From an uncultured bacterium (GTDB lineage Bacteria > Muiribacteriota > CAYSPT01), in assembly GCA_964593455.1 (NCBI GenBank), contig CAZQHK010000016.1:18339-82338 (forward strand): a stretch of DNA of 64,000 bases. The letters are read 5' to 3'. Each line of letters starts with the position of its first letter. Position 1 is the first letter of the stretch. Position numbers and translations under genes: made by a program. Below, piece after piece: positions 1-9,084 of this stretch. Under the pieces are notes generated by a model, which ran no database searches, had not been told where the DNA came from, and saw only the letters and a list, made by a program, of their open reading frames with translations.

Positions 1-2
1 AA

Positions 3-713
3 GGGATAGATTGTTCTGGTATGATAACCATTTCACAGCGGTCCACGACCGTCAAGACAAGAATCCTGGCCGGTAGTCTTCACACTACCCGGCAGCAGGT
101 AATCAGGGTTGATAAAGAAGAAATGGGACCGCTTCTTAAACCGGTCAGTAAACAGCTGCTGGAGCGGTTTGAAAAACTCCTGCCCGGAGTTGACGCCGTT
201 CTTGTTTCGGATTACGGGTACGGGGTGGTTGGTGAAGAAATCAAGCAACGGGTCGGTGCCGGCCATGATCGGCCGGTGGTAGTTGATTCCCGGTACGATC
301 TCCTGTCTTTCAAGAGGATAACTATTGCTACCCCGAACGAGGAAGAAGTAATCGGTGTTCTCGACAAAACTATCGAGACGGCGACGGAACTGGAAGTCGC
401 CGGAAAAGAACTGCTTCACCGCCTGGACTGCCCGGCGTTGTTGGTTACCAGGGGTAGCCTGGGAATGTCTCTTTTTCAGCGGGATGGCTCTATCGTGCAT
501 ATTCCCGTATCGGGTACCGACGAGATAGCTGATGTCACGGGCGCCGGTGATACGGTTGCGGCGGTGATGGCTACCGCCTTGGCCGCCGGGGCCGATTTTC
601 TTACGGCCACTCATCTGGCTAATATTGCCGGTGGGATCGTAGTCATGAAGCGGGGAACAGGTATTGTGCATCCGGAAGAACTGATAGCAGTACTTGAAGA
701 GGACTCGCCGTGA
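3..713 (+). CDS. hldE: D-glycero-beta-D-manno-heptose-7-phosphate kinase (RfaE/HldE domain I, PfkB family); 5' end cut by the window edge
   Basis: Frame is open to the window start. The visible part carries the conserved TTVKTRI...VIRVD block of RfaE domain I and the C-terminal PfkB motif TGAGDT, and is paralogous to CDS 5194-6180. About 100 N-terminal residues are missing. Confidence 0.8.
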   Translation, partial: GIDCSGMITISQRSTTVKTRILAGSLHTTRQQVIRVDKEEMGPLLKPVSKQLLERFEKLLPGVDAVLVSDYGYGVVGEEIKQRVGAGHDRPVVVDSRYDLLSFKRITIATPNEEEVIGVLDKTIETATELEVAGKELLHRLDCPALLVTRGSLGMSLFQRDGSIVHIPVSGTDEIADVTGAGDTVAAVMATALAAGADFLTATHLANIAGGIVVMKRGTGIVHPEELIAVLEEDSP

Positions 714-1207
714 AGATTCACTCGGGTGCGCTGGTTGGTGAAACGGAGCTTCTCGAAGAGGTGCGGGAACGCCGTCGGCGGGGAGAAAGCATCGTGATTG
801 CCAACGGGTGTTTCGATATTCTTCACGTAGGCCATATCCGGTATTTGAAAGAAGCTGCCAAACTCGGAGATTTTCTGATCGTGGCTATCAATAGCGACAA
901 ATCGGTTTATGCTTTAAAAGGCCGGGGTAGGCCGGTGTTCGGAGAAAAAGCCCGCTCGGTGCTAATAAGCGCTCTGCCGGGAGTATCGGCGGTGGTGATC
1001 TTCAGCGATACTACTCTTGACCGGTTGATTGCTCATATAAAACCGGATATCCAGGCCAAGGGCACGGATTACACAGAGGAGTCTGTTCCGGAGCGGGAAA
1101 CGGTGCTTGCCTGCGGAGGAAAAGTAATGATATGCGGAGATCCAAAAGACCACTCGACTCGTTATGTGATAGACGATATTCTGAGCGGGAAGCAGGAAGA
1201 GAAATAG
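710..1207 (+). CDS. D-beta-D-heptose-1-phosphate adenylyltransferase (RfaE domain II, cytidylyltransferase-like), stand-alone
   Basis: GTG start overlaps the kinase stop (GTGA). Carries the nucleotidyltransferase motif NGCFDILHVGHIRYL. A 165-aa ORF is the typical size of RfaE domain II. Confidence 0.85.
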   Translation: MKIHSGALVGETELLEEVRERRRRGESIVIANGCFDILHVGHIRYLKEAAKLGDFLIVAINSDKSVYALKGRGRPVFGEKARSVLISALPGVSAVVIFSDTTLDRLIAHIKPDIQAKGTDYTEESVPERETVLACGGKVMICGDPKDHSTRYVIDDILSGKQEEK

Positions 1208-1239
1208 GCAAATTTGCTGATATTCGGGGAAGATTTTAA

Positions 1240-2121
1240 ATGAAAACGGTAGTGGTTACAGGGGCCGACCAGTTATTGGGATATCATCTGATGCGCGAAC
1301 TATCCCGGGACAACTATGTAGTGGGAATATCTTTGAAAGAACCGCCGGACCTACCGCCAGGCACTTTTCATCAGAAGTGCGCCATCACAAGCTATAGTAA
1401 GCTCGAATCGCTCCTTCAGGAAATTAAACCGTCCGTCGTCTTAAATGCGGCTGATTTTGATGATACGGAAAAGTGCGAAGACCAGCCCGGCAAAGCGTTC
1501 GATCTCAACGTGAAGAGCGTGTTTTATCTGGCCCGGCTTTCTTCGTTGTTGAGGTTCAAACTGGTCCACTTTTCCACAGATCTGGTGTTCGATGGCCATT
1601 CCGGTCCCTATGAGGAACGGGATGTCACCGGCCCGTTGAATTTCTACGGCGACACCAAGCTCCAAGCCGAGGATATTGTCCAGTATCTCGTCCAGGAATA
1701 CCTGCTGGTGAGAACGAGCATGGTGTATGGGGACGGCTCTACTACCCACCAGGACTTCATTCGTCGCCTCCTTAAGAAACTGGAATCGGGCGTGCCCACC
1801 GGCGAGGTGGTCGATCAGTGGAGCACTCCGACTTTTGCCGGTGATGTAGCTGAAATTACTACGGCTCTACTCGATCAGGACCTGGTCGGATTGTATCATG
1901 TGGCCGGGCCGGATTTTGTGAGTCGCAACTACTACGCTCACGCCATAGCTGATTTCTTTGGCTACGAGCGTCACTTGATTAAGTTGACGACCTCCCATTT
2001 TGTTGGAAAAAAAGCGACTATTCCCGAACGGGGGGGACTGCGTTCAATCAAGCTGAAAGCCGTACTCGGTTATGCGCCGAACGGGATCTCCGAAGGACTT
2101 CAGGCGTATGAGCGGCGTTGA
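1240..2121 (+). CDS. NAD(P)-dependent sugar-nucleotide reductase of the RmlD (dTDP-4-dehydrorhamnose reductase) family
   Basis: N-terminal Rossmann motif VVVTGADQLLG. STDLVFDG matches the RmlD signature STDYVFDG. Position between heptose-activation and heptosyltransferase genes is consistent with a keto-(deoxy)heptose reductase. Confidence 0.6.
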   Translation: MKTVVVTGADQLLGYHLMRELSRDNYVVGISLKEPPDLPPGTFHQKCAITSYSKLESLLQEIKPSVVLNAADFDDTEKCEDQPGKAFDLNVKSVFYLARLSSLLRFKLVHFSTDLVFDGHSGPYEERDVTGPLNFYGDTKLQAEDIVQYLVQEYLLVRTSMVYGDGSTTHQDFIRRLLKKLESGVPTGEVVDQWSTPTFAGDVAEITTALLDQDLVGLYHVAGPDFVSRNYYAHAIADFFGYERHLIKLTTSHFVGKKATIPERGGLRSIKLKAVLGYAPNGISEGLQAYERR

Positions 2122-3145
2122 AAAGGTACTGATAGTCCGTCTTTCTTCCATCGGTGATGTTATTCATGGACTGCCGGTAGTCAGAGCTCTTAAAGATGCT
2201 GTCCCGGGAATAAGAATTGACTGGATCGTGGAAAAACCATCGGCGGCGCTTTTAGAATCGGATGCCGACATCGACCGGGTATGGGTGCTTAAAAGGGGAA
2301 CGGGAAGTGCCGGCGAAATTATCCGCCAGCTACGTGCGGTGAGAAAACAACAGTATGATGTCTCCATCGATGTTCAGGGCCTCTTGAAGAGCGCGCTGGT
2401 CGCCAGGATATCCGGTGCCAGCCGGGTCGTGGGTTTCAGCCGGCCTACCGCCAGGGAGGGAAGCCACCTGTTCTACGACATTAAAGTTTGTGGGGAGCGG
2501 CCACTGCATGTGGTGGAAAAAAACCTGCGTCTCGTGTATGACGGGCTTCGAATTGACCTGCCAAAATTCAGATGGGGAGTTTTCACCGGTGATGAACCGG
2601 ACCAAAAGTTAAAAAGGTGGATTGATGAAACCTGCCCTGATAAAAGAAAACCTGTAGTTTTATTGAACCCGGGAGGAACCAGACCTAATAAAATGTGGGA
2701 AGGCGGACATTTTGCCCAACTGGCACGACTTTTGGCTCAAGACGGAGCCTGGGTGGTGGTGGCCTGGGGACCGGGAGAACAGGGCATTGCCGGGAAAATT
2801 GTCGAGGTTGCGAACTGTGACGGAGTAGTATCCGCGCCGCCTACCAATCTGCGTGAATTGGCCTCTTTGATCAAACAGGTGAACTGTGTTGTCTCGGGGG
2901 ATAGTGCCCCGCTTCATCTGGCCTCGGCGGTGGGTACTCCGGCGGTGGCTCTTTTCGGTTCTACCGACGCCGCCAGAAATGGCCCTTACCGGATACCATC
3001 ACGGACCATCCGCGGCGACTGCAGCAAGGGACCATGCTGGCAGCGTGAGTGTCCCGAAAGATATTGCATGAGACTTATCAGTTCCATCGGCGTACACCGG
3101 CATGTCCGGGCCGTGCTGGCTGTCGCTGGAGGCATAAGTCAATGA
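2108..3145 (+). CDS. Glycosyltransferase family 9 (LPS heptosyltransferase, WaaC/WaaF-like)
   Basis: N-terminus KVLIVRLSSIGDVIHGLP is the GT9 signature. ATG at 2108 overlaps the upstream gene end. The longer ORF from 2072 is probably over-extended. Confidence 0.8.
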   Translation: MSGVEKVLIVRLSSIGDVIHGLPVVRALKDAVPGIRIDWIVEKPSAALLESDADIDRVWVLKRGTGSAGEIIRQLRAVRKQQYDVSIDVQGLLKSALVARISGASRVVGFSRPTAREGSHLFYDIKVCGERPLHVVEKNLRLVYDGLRIDLPKFRWGVFTGDEPDQKLKRWIDETCPDKRKPVVLLNPGGTRPNKMWEGGHFAQLARLLAQDGAWVVVAWGPGEQGIAGKIVEVANCDGVVSAPPTNLRELASLIKQVNCVVSGDSAPLHLASAVGTPAVALFGSTDAARNGPYRIPSRTIRGDCSKGPCWQRECPERYCMRLISSIGVHRHVRAVLAVAGGISQ

Positions 3146-4227
3146 TGGATAAAAGGATTCAAAAACAAGCTGCCGGAGAAAAGCTTGCGAATATCCGGAA
3201 AATACTGATTGTCAGGCTCAGGTCCATCGGTGACATGATTCTGATTGGTCCGGCTGTGTTGGCTCTGAAGAAGACCTACCCCGGGGCTGAAATCACGGTG
3301 GTCTCAGAACCGCTGTGCGTCCCGGTGGTTGCCGGTAATCCTCTCTACGACCGGGTTATCGTCTTTAGTATACAGCGGATAAAAACACTCCCTTTTCGGC
3401 AAATGATAACCGAGTATGTAAAGTTCACCGCCTTCCTCCGGAACAAACAGTTTGATCTGACCATAGATTTGCATGGAGGACCCCGGGCGGCGGTCATCAC
3501 GCTGCTGTCCGGCAGCCGCTGCCGGCTCGGGTATGAATTGCGCGGTCGGCGGTGGGCTTACACTATCAGCCGCCGGGTGGAGTTGGGTAACTTAATGATT
3601 CGGGCCCATATAGAGCTCCTACGATCGGTAGGAACCAGTCCGTTGCACCCGCCCGAACAAGGTTTATTTTTTCCCATACCGGTTTCACACCGGACCTGGG
3701 CCGGAGACTTTCTTCGCAGCCTGCCACGAAATGATCTCCTGTTGGTTTTTCATTGTGGCGCCCGCTTCGACTATAAATGTTGGCCCGATACCCATTTCAT
3801 AACGTTAGGGAAAAAGCTGCATCTGTGGAGAAAAACCACAATTGTTTTAATCGGGGGAAAGGCCGATGAAGACAAGTCTCGCGAGATAGCCCGGGCTATC
3901 GGCGTGAACGCCGTCAACCTGGCCGGTGAACTGCCGTTGGAGAAAACGGCGGCCCTCATCGAGCAGGCCGATCTCATGGTTTGTAACGATTCCGGCCCCA
4001 TGCATATCGCGGAAGCTTTGCGCATACCCATTGTCAGTTTATTCGGTCCCACGGATCCGAATATATGGGCGCCGGTAGGTAAGCGAAACCGAGTCATTCA
4101 ATGCGATGATGTAAATCCTGCCTCCACCGGCCGTGATGGTGGAATAGCAGAGATACCGGTTGAAACGGTCTATCAAGTTTGTCTGGCAATGATCAGTGAG
4201 AAGGATGGTGAGGTAACCAATGGATAG
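3142..4227 (+). CDS. Glycosyltransferase family 9 (second LPS heptosyltransferase)
   Basis: KILIVRLRSIGDMILIGP GT9 motif. ATGATG start overlaps the stop of the previous GT9 gene (ATGA coupling). C-terminal NDSGPMHIAEAL block is typical of GT9. Confidence 0.8.
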   Translation: MMDKRIQKQAAGEKLANIRKILIVRLRSIGDMILIGPAVLALKKTYPGAEITVVSEPLCVPVVAGNPLYDRVIVFSIQRIKTLPFRQMITEYVKFTAFLRNKQFDLTIDLHGGPRAAVITLLSGSRCRLGYELRGRRWAYTISRRVELGNLMIRAHIELLRSVGTSPLHPPEQGLFFPIPVSHRTWAGDFLRSLPRNDLLLVFHCGARFDYKCWPDTHFITLGKKLHLWRKTTIVLIGGKADEDKSREIARAIGVNAVNLAGELPLEKTAALIEQADLMVCNDSGPMHIAEALRIPIVSLFGPTDPNIWAPVGKRNRVIQCDDVNPASTGRDGGIAEIPVETVYQVCLAMISEKDGEVTNG

Positions 4228-5176
4228 CAAGAAAATTATACCGGTTGATTTTTCCCGTCTAAAACGTGGACCACTCGGCGATAAAAAGCACAAAGTTACT
4301 CTGGACCGGCAAGCCGGTAAGCCGGTTGCGGGTGCCACCCTCGAAGAATTCTGCCGGGCTCTGCCGGGTGTGCTGGCAGCGGACGCTTTTCAAATGGTGG
4401 TTAAAGCTCTGGTAGAAGCTACCAGAAACGGACGGGATATCGTACTGGCATGCGGTGCTCACGTTATCAAGTGCGGCCTCTCTCCTCTTCTGAACGAACT
4501 CATGCAGCGGAAACTCGTTTCTCTGATTGCGCTAAACGGCGCCGGAGCAATTCATGATGCCGAGTTGGCAATGGTGGGCAGTACGTCGGAAGATGTCATG
4601 ACCGTGGTCAAGGATGGAAGTTTCGGTATGGCCCGGGAGACCGGCGCATTCTACGGCCGGGCGGTTGAAATGGGAACGACCATGCAGATGGGGCTTGGTG
4701 AGGCTCTCGGAATGACATTGATCCAGGATCAAGCTCCGTATTGTTCCGACAGCGTTCTCGCCCAGGCGGTTGCTACCGGTACTCCGATTACAGTACACTG
4801 TGCCATCGGCACGGACACGGTCCATACCTTTCCGGAGGTGGATCCGAGCGGGCTTGGAGCGCTTACTCATTATGATTTCCGGCTTTTTTGCGGTTGTGTA
4901 AACGGTTTTGAACCCGGAACCGTATATTTGAATGTAGGTTCGGCCGTGATCTTGCCCGAAGTGTTCCTGAAAGCGGTCGGCGTAGCTAAAAACATGGGAC
5001 GGTCACTCGAAGGGCTAACCCGGGTGAACATGGATATGATTCAGCATTACCGGCCACGGGAGAACGTACTGGGCCGGATTAATCCCGAAGAGAACCACCG
5101 ATGTTACGCCTTAACGGGACATCATGAAATAATGCTCCCTCTCCTGGTGTGGAGCTGGCTGAATGGTATTTCATAA
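4220..5176 (+). CDS. Conserved protein with remote deoxyhypusine-synthase-like (DS family) motifs; function unknown
   Basis: ATG overlaps the GT9 stop. The segment LVSLIALNGAGAIHDAELAM resembles the DHS block VDVLVTTAGGVEEDLIK. CGAHVIKCGLSPLLNEL resembles the DHS N-terminal GxxSSGxRE region. Assignment is by motif only. Confidence 0.3.
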   Translation: MDSKKIIPVDFSRLKRGPLGDKKHKVTLDRQAGKPVAGATLEEFCRALPGVLAADAFQMVVKALVEATRNGRDIVLACGAHVIKCGLSPLLNELMQRKLVSLIALNGAGAIHDAELAMVGSTSEDVMTVVKDGSFGMARETGAFYGRAVEMGTTMQMGLGEALGMTLIQDQAPYCSDSVLAQAVATGTPITVHCAIGTDTVHTFPEVDPSGLGALTHYDFRLFCGCVNGFEPGTVYLNVGSAVILPEVFLKAVGVAKNMGRSLEGLTRVNMDMIQHYRPRENVLGRINPEENHRCYALTGHHEIMLPLLVWSWLNGIS

Positions 5177-5193
5177 ATAGAGGTGTGGTAGAG

Positions 5194-6180
5194 ATGACTA
5201 ACACGGACAAGAGCAGGCTGATCCGATTGATCGAGAAGTTTTCCCGCTGCCGGATTCTGGTGGTGGGAGATGTCATGGTAGACGAATATATCTGGGGACG
5301 GGTTACCCGGATTTCTCCGGAAGCTCCTGTTCCGGTAGTGGAGCGGCGGGGCTGTTCACTCGTTCCCGGAGGAGCCGGGAATGTCGTGAGAACACTCATT
5401 TCACTGGGTGCGAACGTGACTTTGATTGGTGAAATAGGCCAGGACTCTTCAGGTGAATGGCTGCGAAGTCATCTGCAAAGCGAGGGAGTCGGAGTGAATG
5501 GCCTGGTCGAAGTTCCCGGTCGTGAAACTACGGTAAAAACCAGAATAATAGCCCATAAACAGCAAGTGGTCAGGGTTGACAGCGAAAACAAATCCCCTAT
5601 CGATGGACCGGTTATTGAAGAATTGCTCCGGAACGTTGAAAATGAATTGGACAGCGTTAACGTCGTTATCCTCTCCGATTACGCCAAAGGACTTCTTCAC
5701 AAGAAAACCATACCACTCATCGTGGAGAAGTGTCTGGAGAAGGGAGTTATGGTGGCGGTAGACCCTGCCGTCCACCATGCTGACCTGTACCGGGGAGTAA
5801 CCGTGCTGACTCCGAATCACCACGAGGCGGCGCTCATGGCCGGCCGGGAGATGGAGACCGAGGATGATGTCGAAGATGTCGGCACCAGCCTGGCCGGGAG
5901 GTTGGGTTGCCGGTACCTGGTCATCACCCGTGGGGAAGATGGTATGACGGTATTGGAAGCGGAGCAAAAGGCCATCGAACATATTCCGGCGGTGGCCCGT
6001 GAAGTGTTCGACGTGACCGGGGCGGGTGATACCGTGATTGGGACCCTGGCTCTCGGTTTGGCCGCCGGAGGCGGTATACTCGAGGCCGCGATCATATCCA
6101 ACTACGCGGCGGGTGTGGTGGTGGCCAAGTTCGGTACAGCCACGGTAACCGTCGATGAGCTGAAAGAAGTAATTGGCTAG
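5194..6180 (+). CDS. hldE: D-glycero-beta-D-manno-heptose-7-phosphate kinase (RfaE domain I), second copy
   Basis: ATG at 5194 is preceded by AGAGG. Carries the ILVVGDVMVDEYIWG N-terminus, TTVKTRII...VVRVD block and PfkB C-terminal motif TGAGDTVIG. The ORF call from 5149 is probably over-extended. Confidence 0.85.
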   Translation: MTNTDKSRLIRLIEKFSRCRILVVGDVMVDEYIWGRVTRISPEAPVPVVERRGCSLVPGGAGNVVRTLISLGANVTLIGEIGQDSSGEWLRSHLQSEGVGVNGLVEVPGRETTVKTRIIAHKQQVVRVDSENKSPIDGPVIEELLRNVENELDSVNVVILSDYAKGLLHKKTIPLIVEKCLEKGVMVAVDPAVHHADLYRGVTVLTPNHHEAALMAGREMETEDDVEDVGTSLAGRLGCRYLVITRGEDGMTVLEAEQKAIEHIPAVAREVFDVTGAGDTVIGTLALGLAAGGGILEAAIISNYAAGVVVAKFGTATVTVDELKEVIG

Positions 6181-6189
6181 GAGGCTGGA

Positions 6190-7428
6190 GTGAATAAACG
6201 ACTCCTTTCGGTGGCTCAAGCCGCCGCCAGAACCAGGGACCTGCAGGCAGCCGGTAAACGGGTGGTTTTTACCAACGGCTGTTTCGATCTTATGCATCCC
6301 GGTCACGTGAAGACGCTGGCCCAGGCCCGGGCGGAAGGCGATATACTGATCGTCGGTCTGAACAGCGATTCTTCCGTCCTCGGGCTCAAAGGTCCGAGCC
6401 GGCCACTGCTCGACCAGGAAGCCAGGGCGTCTGTTTTGCTGGCGCTCCGATTTGTTGATTTTGTCGTGTTGTTTAGCGAGGACACGCCGGCCGACCTGAT
6501 CGCACAGATAAAACCCGATGTACTCGTCAAGGGAGGGGACTGGGGTGAAAACGAGATCGTAGGCCGGGCAATCGTGGAACGAATGGGAGGCCGGGTGGTC
6601 AGGATACGTCCCGTACCCGGATATTCCACCACCGCTATCATTGATAAAGCAAAACACCCACGGCTTATGGGAGAAACCGGGGAGCGGGACCGTCCCACGG
6701 TCATCGGCGTCATCCCTGCCAGGTACGGTTCCACCAGGTTTCCGGGCAAACCGCTGGCCCCTATTGCCGGTATACCGATGGTGGAACGAGTGAGATGCCG
6801 TGCCGTCTCGGCCGGCCTGCTCGATCGGGTGGTAGTGGCCACGGATGATGAACGTATTGTTAAGGTGATTGAAGCGGCCGGCGGGGAAGCCATGATGACC
6901 GATCCTATGGCTCCATCGGGAACCGATCGGGTCATCGAAATCTCTGGCCGGATAAAGGGAGACATCTTTGTCAATATCCAGGGAGATGAGCCCCTGCTTC
7001 CACCCTCAGCCGTGGACGCGGCTGTTGAGATTGCCATCAATTCCACCGAAGACACGGTGGTTACCCTGGCTTCGGCTTCGGCTGACCGGAGTGATTTTAA
7101 CAATCCGGATGTCGTTAAAGTAGTCTGCCGGGAGGATGGGCAGGCACTTTACTTTTCCCGGGCTCCGATTCCTTTTCCCCGGGAGGGGGAGGGAGATTCT
7201 TTTCTCAAACACGTGGGATTGTATGTGTTCTCCAGGAAGGTGCTGCAAACGATAACCAATCTCCCTGTATCGGTGTTGGAATCGTGTGAAAAACTGGAAC
7301 AACTCCGGTGGATGGCGGGTGGTATTCCGGTGCGGGTAGTGCCGGTTACATGGGATACACATGCAGTTGACCGTCCGGAAGACATCGCCCGAGTCGAAGC
7401 TGAACTGGCTGAACGGGGAGACCGATAA
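6190..7428 (+). CDS. kdsB: Bifunctional fusion: heptose-1-phosphate adenylyltransferase (RfaE domain II) plus CMP-Kdo synthetase (KdsB)
   Basis: Residues 1-160 carry NGCFDLMHPGHVKTL and the RfaE-II fold and are paralogous to CDS 710-1207. Residues ~170-412 start with VIGVIPARYGSTRFPGKPL, the KdsB signature. It is a single uninterrupted ORF. Confidence 0.8.
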   Translation: MNKRLLSVAQAAARTRDLQAAGKRVVFTNGCFDLMHPGHVKTLAQARAEGDILIVGLNSDSSVLGLKGPSRPLLDQEARASVLLALRFVDFVVLFSEDTPADLIAQIKPDVLVKGGDWGENEIVGRAIVERMGGRVVRIRPVPGYSTTAIIDKAKHPRLMGETGERDRPTVIGVIPARYGSTRFPGKPLAPIAGIPMVERVRCRAVSAGLLDRVVVATDDERIVKVIEAAGGEAMMTDPMAPSGTDRVIEISGRIKGDIFVNIQGDEPLLPPSAVDAAVEIAINSTEDTVVTLASASADRSDFNNPDVVKVVCREDGQALYFSRAPIPFPREGEGDSFLKHVGLYVFSRKVLQTITNLPVSVLESCEKLEQLRWMAGGIPVRVVPVTWDTHAVDRPEDIARVEAELAERGDR

Positions 7429-7429
7429 C

Positions 7430-9034
7430 GTGGCCAAGTATATTTTTGTGACCGGCGGCGTGCTCTCGGCTTTGGGTAAAGGCGTTACAGCCGCTTCGCT
7501 CGGACGGCTGCTGGCCGACCGGAAATTAAAAGTTTCGCTGCAGAAACTCGATCCTTACCTCAATGTTGACTGCGGGACCATGAATCCTTATCAGCACGGA
7601 GAAGTGTTCGTGACAGCGGACGGCGCCGAGACAGATCTGGATATCGGACACTATGAGCGGTTCCTGGACCATGAGCTCAGCCGTGGCTGCAATGTCACTT
7701 CGGGACAGGTCTACCAGTCGATCCTTACCAGGGAGCGACGAGGAGATTATCTGGGGGAAACCGTACAGGTAATTCCGCATGTTACGGACCGGATCAAAGA
7801 GTGCATAAAAAGTCAGGCCGGGGGGAAAGACCTGGATGTGCTGATTGTGGAAGTCGGTGGCACCGTGGGTGACATCGAAAGTCTTCCCTTCCTGGAAGCG
7901 GCCCGGGAGATGAAAACAGATTTGGGACCGGATAATGTGCTCTACATTCACATTACCTGGGTGCCATACCTGAAGACCGCGGGCGAGCTGAAAACCAAAC
8001 CGACCCAGCACAGTGTCAACGAACTCAGGCGCATCGGCATACAACCGGATGTGGTGGTTTGCCGCGCCCAGCGCCGTCTGCCGGCGGAAGTTAAACAGAA
8101 GATATCGCTTTTCTGTGGTGTGCCGGCCGAAGCGGTGGTGGAAGCCCGTGATGTCAACTCGGTTTACGAGGTCCCGCTGCTACTCGAAAAAGAAGGCCTG
8201 GCTCGCCTGGTTACCGCAAAACTTGGTTTTTCAAAGGAAGGACCGGAACTGTCTTCCTGGCAGGAGATCGTAAAACGGATAAAGCATCTTGCCAAAACCA
8301 GGGAACGGGTCGTTAATGTCGGCATACTTGGAAAATATGTGACGCTGCCGGACTCGTATATCAGTGTCAGTGAAGCCATCCGTCACGCCGCCTGGAAATG
8401 CGGCGCCTGGCCGCAAATGTCGTACATTTCTTCAGAAACCTTACTGGAAGAAGGCGCCGAATCAGTCCTTTCCGCTTTGGATGCCGTGGTCGTTCCCGGG
8501 GGCTTCGGCGAACGCGGTATCGATGGCATGGTGGAAGGAATCAGGTATCTTCGCGAGAAACACCGTCCGTTTTTGGGAATATGCCTGGGGATGCAGTGTG
8601 CGGTGATAGAGGTTGCCAGAAACGTGCTGGGATGGACCGGTGCCAACAGCACGGAATTCGATCCGGACACGGCTTACCCGGTCATCGACCTTGCCTCCTG
8701 TCAGTTGAATATTGATCACAAAGGCGGTACCATGCGGCTGGGAGCGTATCCGTGCCGGATCACAAAAGATTCACTGGTATTTTCCTTGTACAGGAAAAAG
8801 TTGGTTCAGGAACGGCATCGACATCGTTATGAGTTCAACGAAAATTGCGAAGAACAATTGAAAAAAGCCGGCCTGGCGGTGAGCGGCCGTTGCCCGGAAG
8901 GCGGGTACGTGGAATGCGTGGAATTCAAAAAACATCCTTATTTTGTCGGAGTGCAGTATCACCCTGAATTCCTGAGCCGTCCCGATCGTCCCCATCCGCT
9001 GTTTCTGGGGCTTATCGAAGCGGCAGTTAGATGA
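7430..9034 (+). CDS. pyrG: CTP synthase
   Basis: GTG start immediately after the kdsB stop. AKYIFVTGGVLSALGKG N-terminus and GICLGMQ glutamine amidotransferase active-site motif. Standard length. Confidence 0.95.
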   Translation: MAKYIFVTGGVLSALGKGVTAASLGRLLADRKLKVSLQKLDPYLNVDCGTMNPYQHGEVFVTADGAETDLDIGHYERFLDHELSRGCNVTSGQVYQSILTRERRGDYLGETVQVIPHVTDRIKECIKSQAGGKDLDVLIVEVGGTVGDIESLPFLEAAREMKTDLGPDNVLYIHITWVPYLKTAGELKTKPTQHSVNELRRIGIQPDVVVCRAQRRLPAEVKQKISLFCGVPAEAVVEARDVNSVYEVPLLLEKEGLARLVTAKLGFSKEGPELSSWQEIVKRIKHLAKTRERVVNVGILGKYVTLPDSYISVSEAIRHAAWKCGAWPQMSYISSETLLEEGAESVLSALDAVVVPGGFGERGIDGMVEGIRYLREKHRPFLGICLGMQCAVIEVARNVLGWTGANSTEFDPDTAYPVIDLASCQLNIDHKGGTMRLGAYPCRITKDSLVFSLYRKKLVQERHRHRYEFNENCEEQLKKAGLAVSGRCPEGGYVECVEFKKHPYFVGVQYHPEFLSRPDRPHPLFLGLIEAAVR

Positions 9035-9084
9035 GGTACAATGAACACATGGCAAATTATGCCCTGGACTGAAGGTGAAATTCC

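Noticed and set aside
33-671. Long antisense ORFs overlapping well-supported CDSs (e.g. 33-671 on minus, 5449-6657 on minus at 402 aa, 6303-7103 on minus, 14203-14889 on minus, 60096-60803 on minus)
   Set aside because: They lie entirely opposite genes with strong homology-based calls. Their products are low-complexity and Arg/Pro/Ser-rich, typical of GC-rich shadow frames. They have no RBS or conserved motifs.
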